Shown: piece by piece, positions 1 to 8,447 of the stretch | Position numbering within the stretch: the first letter of the stretch is position 1 | Layout of the letters: each line of letters starts with the position of its first letter | Virus record (IMG/VR): IMGVR_UViG_3300036715_003541 | Span: 1 to 64,000 of that record | DNA from: a virus | Strand: one strand, 5' to 3' | Length of the DNA stretch: 64,000 nucleotides | Notes under the pieces: model-generated | Seen by the model: only the letters and a program-made list of their open reading frames with translations | What the model was told of the DNA's origin: nothing | Databases searched by the model: none | Program-made: the position numbers and the translations under genes

Positions 1-120
1 AAGAAGAGAATTATAGGAAGAAGGTTCTATTTTCTTAATAGGTAATAAGAGTATTATAGTATAAGTTAAGTATAATAAGAGTATATATAGTATTATAGTA
101 TATATAATAGAGAAAGAGAG
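1..120. repeat. Non-coding, C-depleted low-complexity tract with short direct repeats
   Basis: Only 2 C in the first 120 nt. TAATAAGAGTAT at 43-54 and 73-84; AGTATTATAGTAT at 50-62 and 89-101. Stops in all three + frames. Confidence 0.6.
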
Positions 121-252
121 CGCGCACACGATCCTTATTATATACACCGTGTGTGACTTATTACTCTTGTTTTTAATAAAAAAAAATATATGTTAAAATA
201 CTAACAGTTATATTTCATTGAAGTCAGGATTATTATTAATGTATTATGATAC

Positions 253-648
253 TTATATAGCAAAAGTAATTGGAATTAAACCAGAGCCAGATCCTTTTTT
301 AGCAGCAGCATCTGCAGAGGCTCTTACTTGATCTAAATTCTTTTTAATAAAAGAAGCATATCCTTTTGCAATTGTGGATAATACTTTTGATTTAAATTTA
401 CCTTGAGCATCTGTGTCAACTTTAGCACCTTTACCTGGTTCTGCAATAAATTGAATATTTACATTTCCACTTAATCCAGCTTCTTTCATTTCATCCAATA
501 CACTCATGAATGGTGCAAATGAATTTAAAAAATTAGTAAAGCTTTTTTGCGCAGAGTCATCACCGAAAAATAATTCAGTAGTTCCGGTTTGACTAACAAC
601 AGGTGCTTGAGCGTATTTTAAAAGTAGTTTCAACGTTTCTTTGTTCAT
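253..648 (-). CDS. Hypothetical protein, possibly a processed virion protein
   Basis: 131-aa ORF with upstream AAGGA. N-terminal LLLKYAQ matches the K-x-A motif seen in head proteins. Confidence 0.7.
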   Translation of the reverse strand: MNKETLKLLLKYAQAPVVSQTGTTELFFGDDSAQKSFTNFLNSFAPFMSVLDEMKEAGLSGNVNIQFIAEPGKGAKVDTDAQGKFKSKVLSTIAKGYASFIKKNLDQVRASADAAAKKGSGSGLIPITFAI

Positions 649-665
649 AGTATTATTCCTTTTTA

Positions 666-1669
666 TTAACAGTAACTTTCTGTAAATATAGATTTAACTA
701 TATCATATTTTCTATCAAGATAAATTGTTGCATCTTTATACAAAAAATCAACTATTTTTTTAACACACCATTTCCGCCATATTCCAATACACCACAACTA
801 GAAGATATTCTAATATCTTTTGTCCTATTTTCTAATTCACATTCTTTCTCTAATACTTCTCTGCATTCTTTTAAAAATGAAGTAGTTCCACGTAAAGAAA
901 AAAACAATTATTTAACTGTTCTATTACCACTTAGTTTAGGGGTGTGAAAACACACATCACCATCATTGTAACCTCTTATAAAATGATGTTTTAATGGGTG
1001 TGTTTTTAGCCATTCAGGAAATGTATATGTAAACGTCTTTCTTTCTGTTATATTAAATCTAAGCAAATCAGCGCACATCTTTCTTGATGTAATTGCTAGC
1101 TCACTTTTTTCTGTATCTTTCCATTTTTCGTTACGATTGCTATGTTTTACAATATATTTATGAACTTTTGCATCAGATTTCATTGTGTCTCTTAATTTTA
1201 TTAAAAAACTCTCATCTCTTGATGATAATACAATATACAATAAATTTGTTTCTTTACTATTACCATGATTTTTAACACAACCATCAGCGGCTATAAATCC
1301 TGCGAGATAAAAAGATTCTTCATTATCTCTTGAGAAAAAATCATGATCACATGTGTGTCTTACCTGTGGCTTGTATTATAAACCAAAAGAAATCATTTTA
1401 TTTTTAACAGTACCTGGATCACAGTTCAAAAATCTTGCAACTTGTTTTAATGTGCCTAATTTACAATACAATTCTTCTAAATATTCTTTTGTCATATCTG
1501 GAATGGTTGTGTTTCTTTTACAATCATATCCTATTATTTCAAAAGCAGAATACAATGTAACAAAACTTATATTATAATACTCTTTTAGTTTTTTTAATGA
1601 TTTTATACGCTCAAAATCAGCTATTAGCTGTTCTGGAGTCACATTTAGTAGTAGTTTATTTTTTCTCAT
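666..1669 (-). pseudogene. Free-standing LAGLIDADG homing endonuclease pseudogene with N-terminal HTH-like repeats
   Basis: Reading through in-frame TAA at 1376-1378 and 908-910 joins MRKNK... to FYLAGFIAADG and FIRGYNDGD. A frameshift near 755-770 moves the typical tail FLYKDATIYLDRKY into another frame, ending at TAA 666-668. Confidence 0.85.
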
Positions 1670-1697
1670 ACTGTGATAAAACCGGCATGCCCTACCC

Positions 1698-2600
1698 TTA
1701 ATAGTATCTTTTTTGGCGCACGTGGCGTAATCTATTATAAGCAGGAGAAAGACCACTGGAAGTAAACGAAAATGTTCCCATTGATTTTGGAAATGGTCTC
1801 ATAGAATTTTTAATCATCTTTGTGTTATCATTCCACATTGTAATAAGAGAGCCAGATTGTGTGTTTAACAAATCAGAAATAGAAGGTGGTGTGAAGTTAA
1901 TTCCTTGATCACTAATATTTACCTCATATCCTTTTGCAATTAAAGCATGACTTGCCATAGCATAAGCGGCAGCACCATCAACAATAATTTGACCAAATTG
2001 CGCGACAAACCCACTATCATCAAAGTTGAAAAATGTAAAGTAAGGTATGCTATTAAAATGGCTAAGTGCTGAACCTAAAAATGTCACAAGCATATCTACA
2101 GAAAAAATATCACAATCAACATAAATAACATTTCCATATTGATCTTTGCTTTTTGTTTTGCCGGAGCTATTTAGTCTGGCTCTTAACATTTTTAGCAACT
2201 TATTTATGTTATTTATTGCTGCTTGCGAGTAAGTAAAAGGAAAGTCATCTCCAAGATGTGCATATCCATCTGAGTTTATACTTGGTATATCTGTTTTAAC
2301 AACTGTAAAGCTTAATGTACTTTCAACATAAAAGCCTGATATTAACCCAGACCATAAATCATTGTATGTTCCATAAGGACCATTGATGGGAACTTGGAAT
2401 GCATATTGATATTTACCTGGAGCAATAAGAGTTACGCCAGTTGTAGTTGGTGTAAGTAATATATGTCCAGTTGGTTGTATGATAGATACAGATGGTAAAG
2501 TATCTGTATTTACGGGTTGCCCTAATGAGTCTTTAAATTGAACAGTTAGGTTTACTATATCATTTACGTCAATTGTTTGACCACGGGATTTTTCAGCCAT
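1698..2600 (-). CDS. Putative neck/head-completion virion protein
   Basis: 300 aa: beta-rich Ig-like N-terminal domain plus a helical C-terminal half resembling head-tail adaptor proteins. Function inferred. Confidence 0.45.
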   Translation of the reverse strand: MAEKSRGQTIDVNDIVNLTVQFKDSLGQPVNTDTLPSVSIIQPTGHILLTPTTTGVTLIAPGKYQYAFQVPINGPYGTYNDLWSGLISGFYVESTLSFTVVKTDIPSINSDGYAHLGDDFPFTYSQAAINNINKLLKMLRARLNSSGKTKSKDQYGNVIYVDCDIFSVDMLVTFLGSALSHFNSIPYFTFFNFDDSGFVAQFGQIIVDGAAAYAMASHALIAKGYEVNISDQGINFTPPSISDLLNTQSGSLITMWNDNTKMIKNSMRPFPKSMGTFSFTSSGLSPAYNRLRHVRQKRYY

Positions 2601-2700
2601 AAGTATCTCCTAAAGTAATAAATATCTTTAGCTACTAGATATATGTTAAAAGTTGTAGTTTTGAAAAATCTTTTATATATTAACAATTAACGTATAATAA

Positions 2701-3081
2701 ATGACTATTACTATGATGAAAGAAATTTGGATAACTAACTTTACAAAAAAAGATATTCTAATAGAAGACCTTGGTATAAAAATACCAAAAATGTCTATTG
2801 TAAATTTATTTAAATACAATTTGCTTGAGGAAAATATTTTAAAAAGTATTCAATCAGGCTCAATATTTAAAAAATCACAATATATAAGAATTCGTCAGAC
2901 TGCACCGGAATTTAGAAAAGAAAGAAAATTAGTATCTGATCAGCCATCGATTAGACTTCAGAAATCTGGTTTCACGCAAGAGAAAAAAGAGTATGATGAA
3001 TTAAGAATAGATGATGAATTGTTTTCAAGTCAATTTGGCGATGGTGAATTTGATGAAAATGAAAAAAAGGATTTACTATGA
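2701..3081 (+). CDS. Hypothetical protein, possible paralog of the N-terminus of 17138..17740
   Basis: 126-aa ORF, first of three overlapping or abutting + strand genes. Confidence 0.7.
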   Translation: MTITMMKEIWITNFTKKDILIEDLGIKIPKMSIVNLFKYNLLEENILKSIQSGSIFKKSQYIRIRQTAPEFRKERKLVSDQPSIRLQKSGFTQEKKEYDELRIDDELFSSQFGDGEFDENEKKDLL

Positions 3082-3227
3082 GTAATACAGCTTTAAAATA
3101 CCCAGAATATAATGAAAACTTCTTTAAAGTGGAAGAAAACATTATATCAGAATACAAAAAACTAAATGATAAGTGTGATTCGATTATAGAAAAGATTAAG
3201 AAAAGAAAATACAAAAATGAGGAGTGA
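3078..3227 (+). CDS. Small hypothetical protein (49 aa), absent from the ORF track
   Basis: ATGA overlap with the previous stop. MSNTALKYPEYNENFFK...KYKNEE* fills the gap between two + genes. Confidence 0.6.
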   Translation: MSNTALKYPEYNENFFKVEENIISEYKKLNDKCDSIIEKIKKRKYKNEE

Positions 3228-3229
3228 GT

Positions 3230-3484
3230 ATGGCTAATCCAAAAGAACAAGAAACAAATGCTTTAAATAAAACTGATTTGGCTGTTATTTTGGAAGTAAA
3301 TAAAAAAGCCATCGAGTTACAAACAGCAGCTGTTTCTCAAAATGAAGAAATTATAGAAAATTTAGAAAGCATAAAAACAAATATAGAGAATTTAGAAAAA
3401 TCTCTATATAAATTGCAAATTATGTTGATAGCTGGCGCGTTGCCAATTATTTATGAAATAATCAAAGTGATTACTACTAAATAA
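3230..3484 (+). CDS. Coiled-coil protein with C-terminal transmembrane helix (holin/XhlA-like)
   Basis: GAGGAG RBS before ATG 3230. Heptad-like region followed by hydrophobic LQIMLIAGALPIIYEIIKVI. Confidence 0.5.
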   Translation: MANPKEQETNALNKTDLAVILEVNKKAIELQTAAVSQNEEIIENLESIKTNIENLEKSLYKLQIMLIAGALPIIYEIIKVITTK

Positions 3485-3700
3485 TCAAACAACTTCTACT
3501 TCAATCGCTTTGGGCTTACCATCGTGATTTAATCCAATACCAAATCGTACATCCTGACCTTTTACAAGCGTCTTAAATCCATCTGCCAAAATATCAGAGT
3601 AATGCACAAACATATCTTTTTGTGGTACTCCGTTTTTTTGCCACGTAATAAAACCAAAACCCTTTGTAAAAAACTCAACTTTACCTGTAAACTTTTCCAT
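3485..3700 (-). CDS. Cold-shock domain protein
   Basis: RNP1 KGFGFI, RNP2 MFVHYSDI, GFKTL and GKPKA; 71 aa. Confidence 0.9.
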   Translation of the reverse strand: MEKFTGKVEFFTKGFGFITWQKNGVPQKDMFVHYSDILADGFKTLVKGQDVRFGIGLNHDGKPKAIEVEVV

Positions 3701-3751
3701 TTATTTTTCCTTACACTTAATAGGGATACTTCCCACAAACTTATAGCTTAA

Positions 3752-4069
3752 TTATAGTAGAATAATTGGGCTATTTTCTTTCTCTTCTTTTTCGGTCTGC
3801 TCTTTATCTTCGTATACCAATTCACCATTGATTACTAAATGCCCACCACCCGCTCGTCCAGCCAAAAGAAAATAAACTTCTTTTGTTCCATGCTTACCAA
3901 TATCTAATCTTTCTTGATCTGTTTGAGCATCCTTTAAATACTGATCATACTTTTTAAAAATATTTAACAAATCAGGAAGACAACCAAGTTCTTTTGCTAG
4001 TTTAATAAATTGTTTTCTTGTTGCGTTTTCTGGCAATATTTTAAAACCAGATGATGTATCGACTTTCAT
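3752..4069 (-). CDS. Hypothetical protein
   Basis: 105-aa ORF abutting the HNH gene. Confidence 0.65.
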   Translation of the reverse strand: MKVDTSSGFKILPENATRKQFIKLAKELGCLPDLLNIFKKYDQYLKDAQTDQERLDIGKHGTKEVYFLLAGRAGGGHLVINGELVYEDKEQTEKEEKENSPIILL

Positions 4070-4070
4070 A

Positions 4071-4385
4071 TTATACCTTGTATGTTTTGTTTGTGAATTC
4101 TATGTATGGAGAATTTATTCCTTCAATATTTTTTTTACCATCTAACTCATAAACAACTGTTCTATAATTAGGCAGCTTTGTAGATGGGAATATACCTATA
4201 ATAAATAATCTGCCTTCATGAATATATTTATGATGCTTATCACAAACAATCATTAAATTTAAATCATGATTATTTGTATTATCTTCTGTACGCTCAATAA
4301 TATGATGCAAATGAAGATACTCTGTTTCTGCACATTCATTGATTTCACATTTATTTTTTATAAGTTTCTTTTTCTTTGAAGCCAC
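4071..4385 (-). CDS. Small HNH endonuclease
   Basis: CEINEC...LHLHHI...N...NLMIVCDKHHKYIH pattern. Confidence 0.8.
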   Translation of the reverse strand: MASKKKKLIKNKCEINECAETEYLHLHHIIERTEDNTNNHDLNLMIVCDKHHKYIHEGRLFIIGIFPSTKLPNYRTVVYELDGKKNIEGINSPYIEFTNKTYKV

Positions 4386-4406
4386 AACAAATATATATCA
4401 CCTAAA

Positions 4407-4439
4407 ATGAAAAAAGGCACTTTAAGTACCTTTTTTCAT
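4407..4439. terminator. Intrinsic terminator-like hairpin
   Basis: ATGAAAAAAGGCAC-TTTAA-GTACCTTTTTTCAT immediately after the 1303-aa gene. Confidence 0.7.
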
Positions 4440-7400
4440 TATGATGTTTTTATGCAGACGTAACCCAAAGTTGCACCCACACCAGCAACCGCTGTTCTCA
4501 CTCTAACAAACTTAGCATATACTGTGGCGTAACTTAAAGCAACAGTACTATTTGCTACGCCTGTTAAGTTCGCCCCAATTACATACCAATTTGTACCATC
4601 CTCAGATCCTTCTAAAACAAATTGTGGAGCCGTTGTTGTAATGGCACCCATAAAAACAATTAAATTGGCTATACCAGATCCATCAGAGTTTAATATAGCA
4701 GATATGCTATTTAAAGTATTTGGATCAATTGTTCTGTTAAATATTTGTCTAAATCTTTCTCCTGCAACAGAATAGTTCAATCTATTCAAAGATCTTGTAA
4801 ATGAAGGCGTAGTACCTGCAACTGTTTGAACATATCTAATTCTGTTACCCGTAAGTCTCAGTAAGGGAGTTCTATATGAACCCGTTGTAGTAATTCTTGG
4901 AAAATCATAAATTCTATACCAACTTGTACCTGAGTCATCAGATTCCTCAATACCAACATCCATGGTTGGTGTGGTGCCTGTTACAGCTGTGACTTGAATA
5001 TTAAATTCGGCAGATTGAGCGTTACCTTGTGTGACCGCCGCTGTTGTTGTAGTTGTTGTAAGTGCTGCAGAAGCAATATCATTAACTAAAACACCAGCAT
5101 TTAAACCAGCTCCAGTAACTGCTGCAACTGTAGTTACACCAGTTACAGTTGTAACCGTACCAATATTTGGTGTGTTTTGAATATTTACAGGTATTGAAGA
5201 TGTTTGATCAGATAATGGACGACCAAGTATTTCAACTCTCTCTCTATCATAATCAAATACACGCACAAAAGATAGTCTAAAATCTGTACGTTTAATTACA
5301 CCACCACCACAGTTTGTAACTGTAAAATCAGCTGGAGCAACCATAGAGCCAATTGGCTCTAATTCTAATGTTGTTGTTGCGATGTTTCTAATTCTCCACG
5401 CACCATCAACACCTAATGTACCACCATTTACAGCATTTCTAACACCAACAAGATTAATATAGTCACCAATAAGTAAACCAGACCAAGAAGCGTTTCCAAC
5501 AAGTGTTAAAATACCAGATGTAAGTGTTGCGGTAGATGCAACAACAGCATTATAACCTAAAGCAGAACCTAAGTTACCACCCTGCACTTTTGCTACAAAA
5601 CCACCATAACTTGTTGCAGTTGCAATTGCACCAAAGGATACTGTAATAGATGTAGGGTTAACAATAGACGTAATTGGTGCCGCTGTTAGTTGATTTTGGA
5701 AATTTGTTTGGTCCCTAACACCATAAATAATAATTTGATCTGCAGTTGTGAGATTATGAGCAACATCAAATACAATCGTAGCAACTGCTGAACCTGATTT
5801 AGTAATAGATACAATTTGTGCTGTTGGTACTGTTAAAGAATCTGAATTATATGTTCTAAATCTTAACTTATAATAATTCAAATGATTTGGACAAACTTGT
5901 GTTCGAGTATATCTTGCAATAGTTCCAGTAGTGCCGTCAACAACACTATCATGCCACTGCAATCTATCTACCTGAATAGCAGCTCTAAACTCAGTTGTTG
6001 GTTGAAACGTGTAATTATAAGCAGCGTTTACTGCTTGAAGAGAAGCTGTTGTTGAGATTGTTGAAGAATGATTTCCAGCAATAGTACCACCTGGTAAAAC
6101 ATCACCAGCTTCACTTCTTGCATAAAATGAAGCGTTTGTTACGGTGGGGTTTTCAAAAATTATAGCTGTGCCATTTTGAGCACCTTGCATTGCTGTTCTG
6201 TAAAAAACAAAGCCAGATGTAAATGGACCCGCAGTAACGCTTGGTAAAGTGCCACCAGGACCAGCTGTAGCTGTAAATTGTGTGGATGATGGAGTACTTG
6301 CAACAACTAAAGCTGGATAATTGAAACGAGAATCAGATACGCCCTTAATACCAACTCTATAACCAACCTTCAAATTGTGAGCAACAGATGTGTTTACTGT
6401 TAATGTTGTTGTATTTTGAGAGATAGAAGATATTGCTATATCAGCTATTGTGGCAGTTGGAGTAGATGTATCAATAATTTCAGCTGAAAATTCTTGACCT
6501 AAAGTTCTTTGAGAGAGTGACAATCCAAGACTTAATTCAATAGGTAGTTGAAAATTAATAGATGATTCTATTTTTGATGTAGTTCCTGCTGTTAATGGAT
6601 CTTTTGAAATAACCAAATAAGAAGCCGCTGCGGCATTACCATCTAACATGATAATATCACCAGATCCTTTTGTCTCAATCCATTTTAAGTTAGGAGTATA
6701 GGATTCAAAAGCCTCTCTAAATTTTGTTGTAATATTTGTTAAACTTTTAACAGATGTTGCTGTAAATGGAATTGATCTTTCTAATGCATGAGCATCCAAT
6801 CTAATAGTACCAGATGTATAAGAGGTAACTCTTATACGAATGTATTTATAACCATAAGATGGCAAGAAGAATACTTGACCAGCAATATTTGCATAAGAAC
6901 TTGTATCATTTGTTGATGGACTATAAGCTTCAATATTTGTCCAACCAGAATCATCTAAATAATTTGTTCCTTGAAAATATATATTTACATTATTCCAAGA
7001 AACTGGCGCTGAAAATTGTAATAAAACACCAGAAATTTGAGAGCAATCTAAAGTTAGTAAATTTGTATTATTTGAAGATGCTGTTAGGTTACTAAAAACT
7101 TTACCAGGTGAAGCTTTTGCAATAATCCCATCACTTTCAGATAATGTTGATACTTGAACGGCATTGTGATTTTTAACTGTAATATAAGAAATATTAACTG
7201 TAGTATTTGAAGCCACCATACCAGTGTTGACCATCTTAACACCAGCATCCATAATATCAAAGGAAGTGGGTATAACTAAAGAATGTTCAGCAACTTTAAC
7301 ACCATTGATGAAAAAGTATACAACTTCTGTAAATATTTCAACCCTATAATCAACATCATTTGCTGTTGTTAAACCTGTTGGTAAATTAACTAATGTTTGT

Positions 7401-8350
7401 TGTAAATCAGAACCAGTTGGTACTGCAGTTGGATTTCTACCTGTTTCACAAATAATTTGTGTATCTGAAGTTCCATTTGCATTAAATCTTGCTAACCATC
7501 TTGGGTTTGTTGCAGCTTCATCAAAACCAAATCTAATTTCTTGATTCACTATTCTTTGAGAGATAGAAATTACTGCACGATAAATTAATGGTAAATAATC
7601 AACACCCCTACCAAAAGCAATATTTGATCCACTTGTTGTTCCAGAATTTAATGTAGCTTTACCAAATCCAATTGTATAATTTCCACCATTCGCTTGAGTG
7701 GTCTTCATTAAAGATCTAGATGCTGCACCAGAAGTTGAACCTGTGTAAGCAGATACTAATTTTAATTTTGTATCCGAAATAATACTTTCGATTTGTGTAT
7801 ATTTAGATTCATTATCAGCATTGATTTTAAAATAATCTTTATAATGAACATCATAAGAGTAAAAACCAGTACCAGTTACAATATCTCCAGATACAGTGAC
7901 ATTACCAATAGAATAATCTAAAGTTGAATTAGGGAAGTTAACTCTAAATGTACCTTCATCTGTTAATACTGCAGATCTTGTTTGTAAATTACCACCTTGA
8001 TCAATAGATGGTTGTACTAATAAACTATCTTTTGGTCCACTATAATTTGGATAAAATGATGATCTTGGTAATAACTCAGATGTTTGAATTGCACCACCAC
8101 TTGTTCCCTGCAAAATCAAATCACCTAAAGATGGAGCTGATGCTAAATCAGTATCTGTTGTTTGATTTCTCCATATCGTTGATGATAAAGAAGGAGATGC
8201 AGAAGAAACGTCAAATATTTTTGTTTCAACTAATACATCACCAATAGATGCATTTGTGAAAGAATTTTTAACAATATAAATAGAGTTCACAAGCTCTCTA
8301 TCTACACTAGAGCCTGAACTGCCACTGCCAATGCTACCAAATGAACTCAT
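4439..8350 (-). CDS. Large fibre/receptor-binding-like structural protein
   Basis: 1303 aa, Thr/Ser/Gly-rich and beta-rich. Repeated jelly-roll-like modules (xEGSxDGTNW...RIRV/RVR). Confidence 0.65.
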   Translation of the reverse strand: MSSFGSIGSGSSGSSVDRELVNSIYIVKNSFTNASIGDVLVETKIFDVSSASPSLSSTIWRNQTTDTDLASAPSLGDLILQGTSGGAIQTSELLPRSSFYPNYSGPKDSLLVQPSIDQGGNLQTRSAVLTDEGTFRVNFPNSTLDYSIGNVTVSGDIVTGTGFYSYDVHYKDYFKINADNESKYTQIESIISDTKLKLVSAYTGSTSGAASRSLMKTTQANGGNYTIGFGKATLNSGTTSGSNIAFGRGVDYLPLIYRAVISISQRIVNQEIRFGFDEAATNPRWLARFNANGTSDTQIICETGRNPTAVPTGSDLQQTLVNLPTGLTTANDVDYRVEIFTEVVYFFINGVKVAEHSLVIPTSFDIMDAGVKMVNTGMVASNTTVNISYITVKNHNAVQVSTLSESDGIIAKASPGKVFSNLTASSNNTNLLTLDCSQISGVLLQFSAPVSWNNVNIYFQGTNYLDDSGWTNIEAYSPSTNDTSSYANIAGQVFFLPSYGYKYIRIRVTSYTSGTIRLDAHALERSIPFTATSVKSLTNITTKFREAFESYTPNLKWIETKGSGDIIMLDGNAAAASYLVISKDPLTAGTTSKIESSINFQLPIELSLGLSLSQRTLGQEFSAEIIDTSTPTATIADIAISSISQNTTTLTVNTSVAHNLKVGYRVGIKGVSDSRFNYPALVVASTPSSTQFTATAGPGGTLPSVTAGPFTSGFVFYRTAMQGAQNGTAIIFENPTVTNASFYARSEAGDVLPGGTIAGNHSSTISTTASLQAVNAAYNYTFQPTTEFRAAIQVDRLQWHDSVVDGTTGTIARYTRTQVCPNHLNYYKLRFRTYNSDSLTVPTAQIVSITKSGSAVATIVFDVAHNLTTADQIIIYGVRDQTNFQNQLTAAPITSIVNPTSITVSFGAIATATSYGGFVAKVQGGNLGSALGYNAVVASTATLTSGILTLVGNASWSGLLIGDYINLVGVRNAVNGGTLGVDGAWRIRNIATTTLELEPIGSMVAPADFTVTNCGGGVIKRTDFRLSFVRVFDYDRERVEILGRPLSDQTSSIPVNIQNTPNIGTVTTVTGVTTVAAVTGAGLNAGVLVNDIASAALTTTTTTAAVTQGNAQSAEFNIQVTAVTGTTPTMDVGIEESDDSGTSWYRIYDFPRITTTGSYRTPLLRLTGNRIRYVQTVAGTTPSFTRSLNRLNYSVAGERFRQIFNRTIDPNTLNSISAILNSDGSGIANLIVFMGAITTTAPQFVLEGSEDGTNWYVIGANLTGVANSTVALSYATVYAKFVRVRTAVAGVGATLGYVCIKTS

Positions 8351-8392
8351 TGAATACCTTATTGTTTGTAAAAGTTTTACTAATATAATAAT

Positions 8393-8425
8393 GAAAAATG
8401 CATAACATATATATGTTACGCATTC
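8393..8425 (-). terminator. Intrinsic terminator after the lipoprotein gene
   Basis: Minus strand GAATGCGTAACATAT/ATATGTTATGCATTTTT hairpin with U-tract. Confidence 0.6.
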
Positions 8426-8447
8426 TTAACTATAGATAAGGTTTTGT

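Noticed and set aside
908-1378. TAA read-through in the LAGLIDADG gene
   Set aside because: TAA is a main stop codon in this window, and the gene also carries a frameshift.
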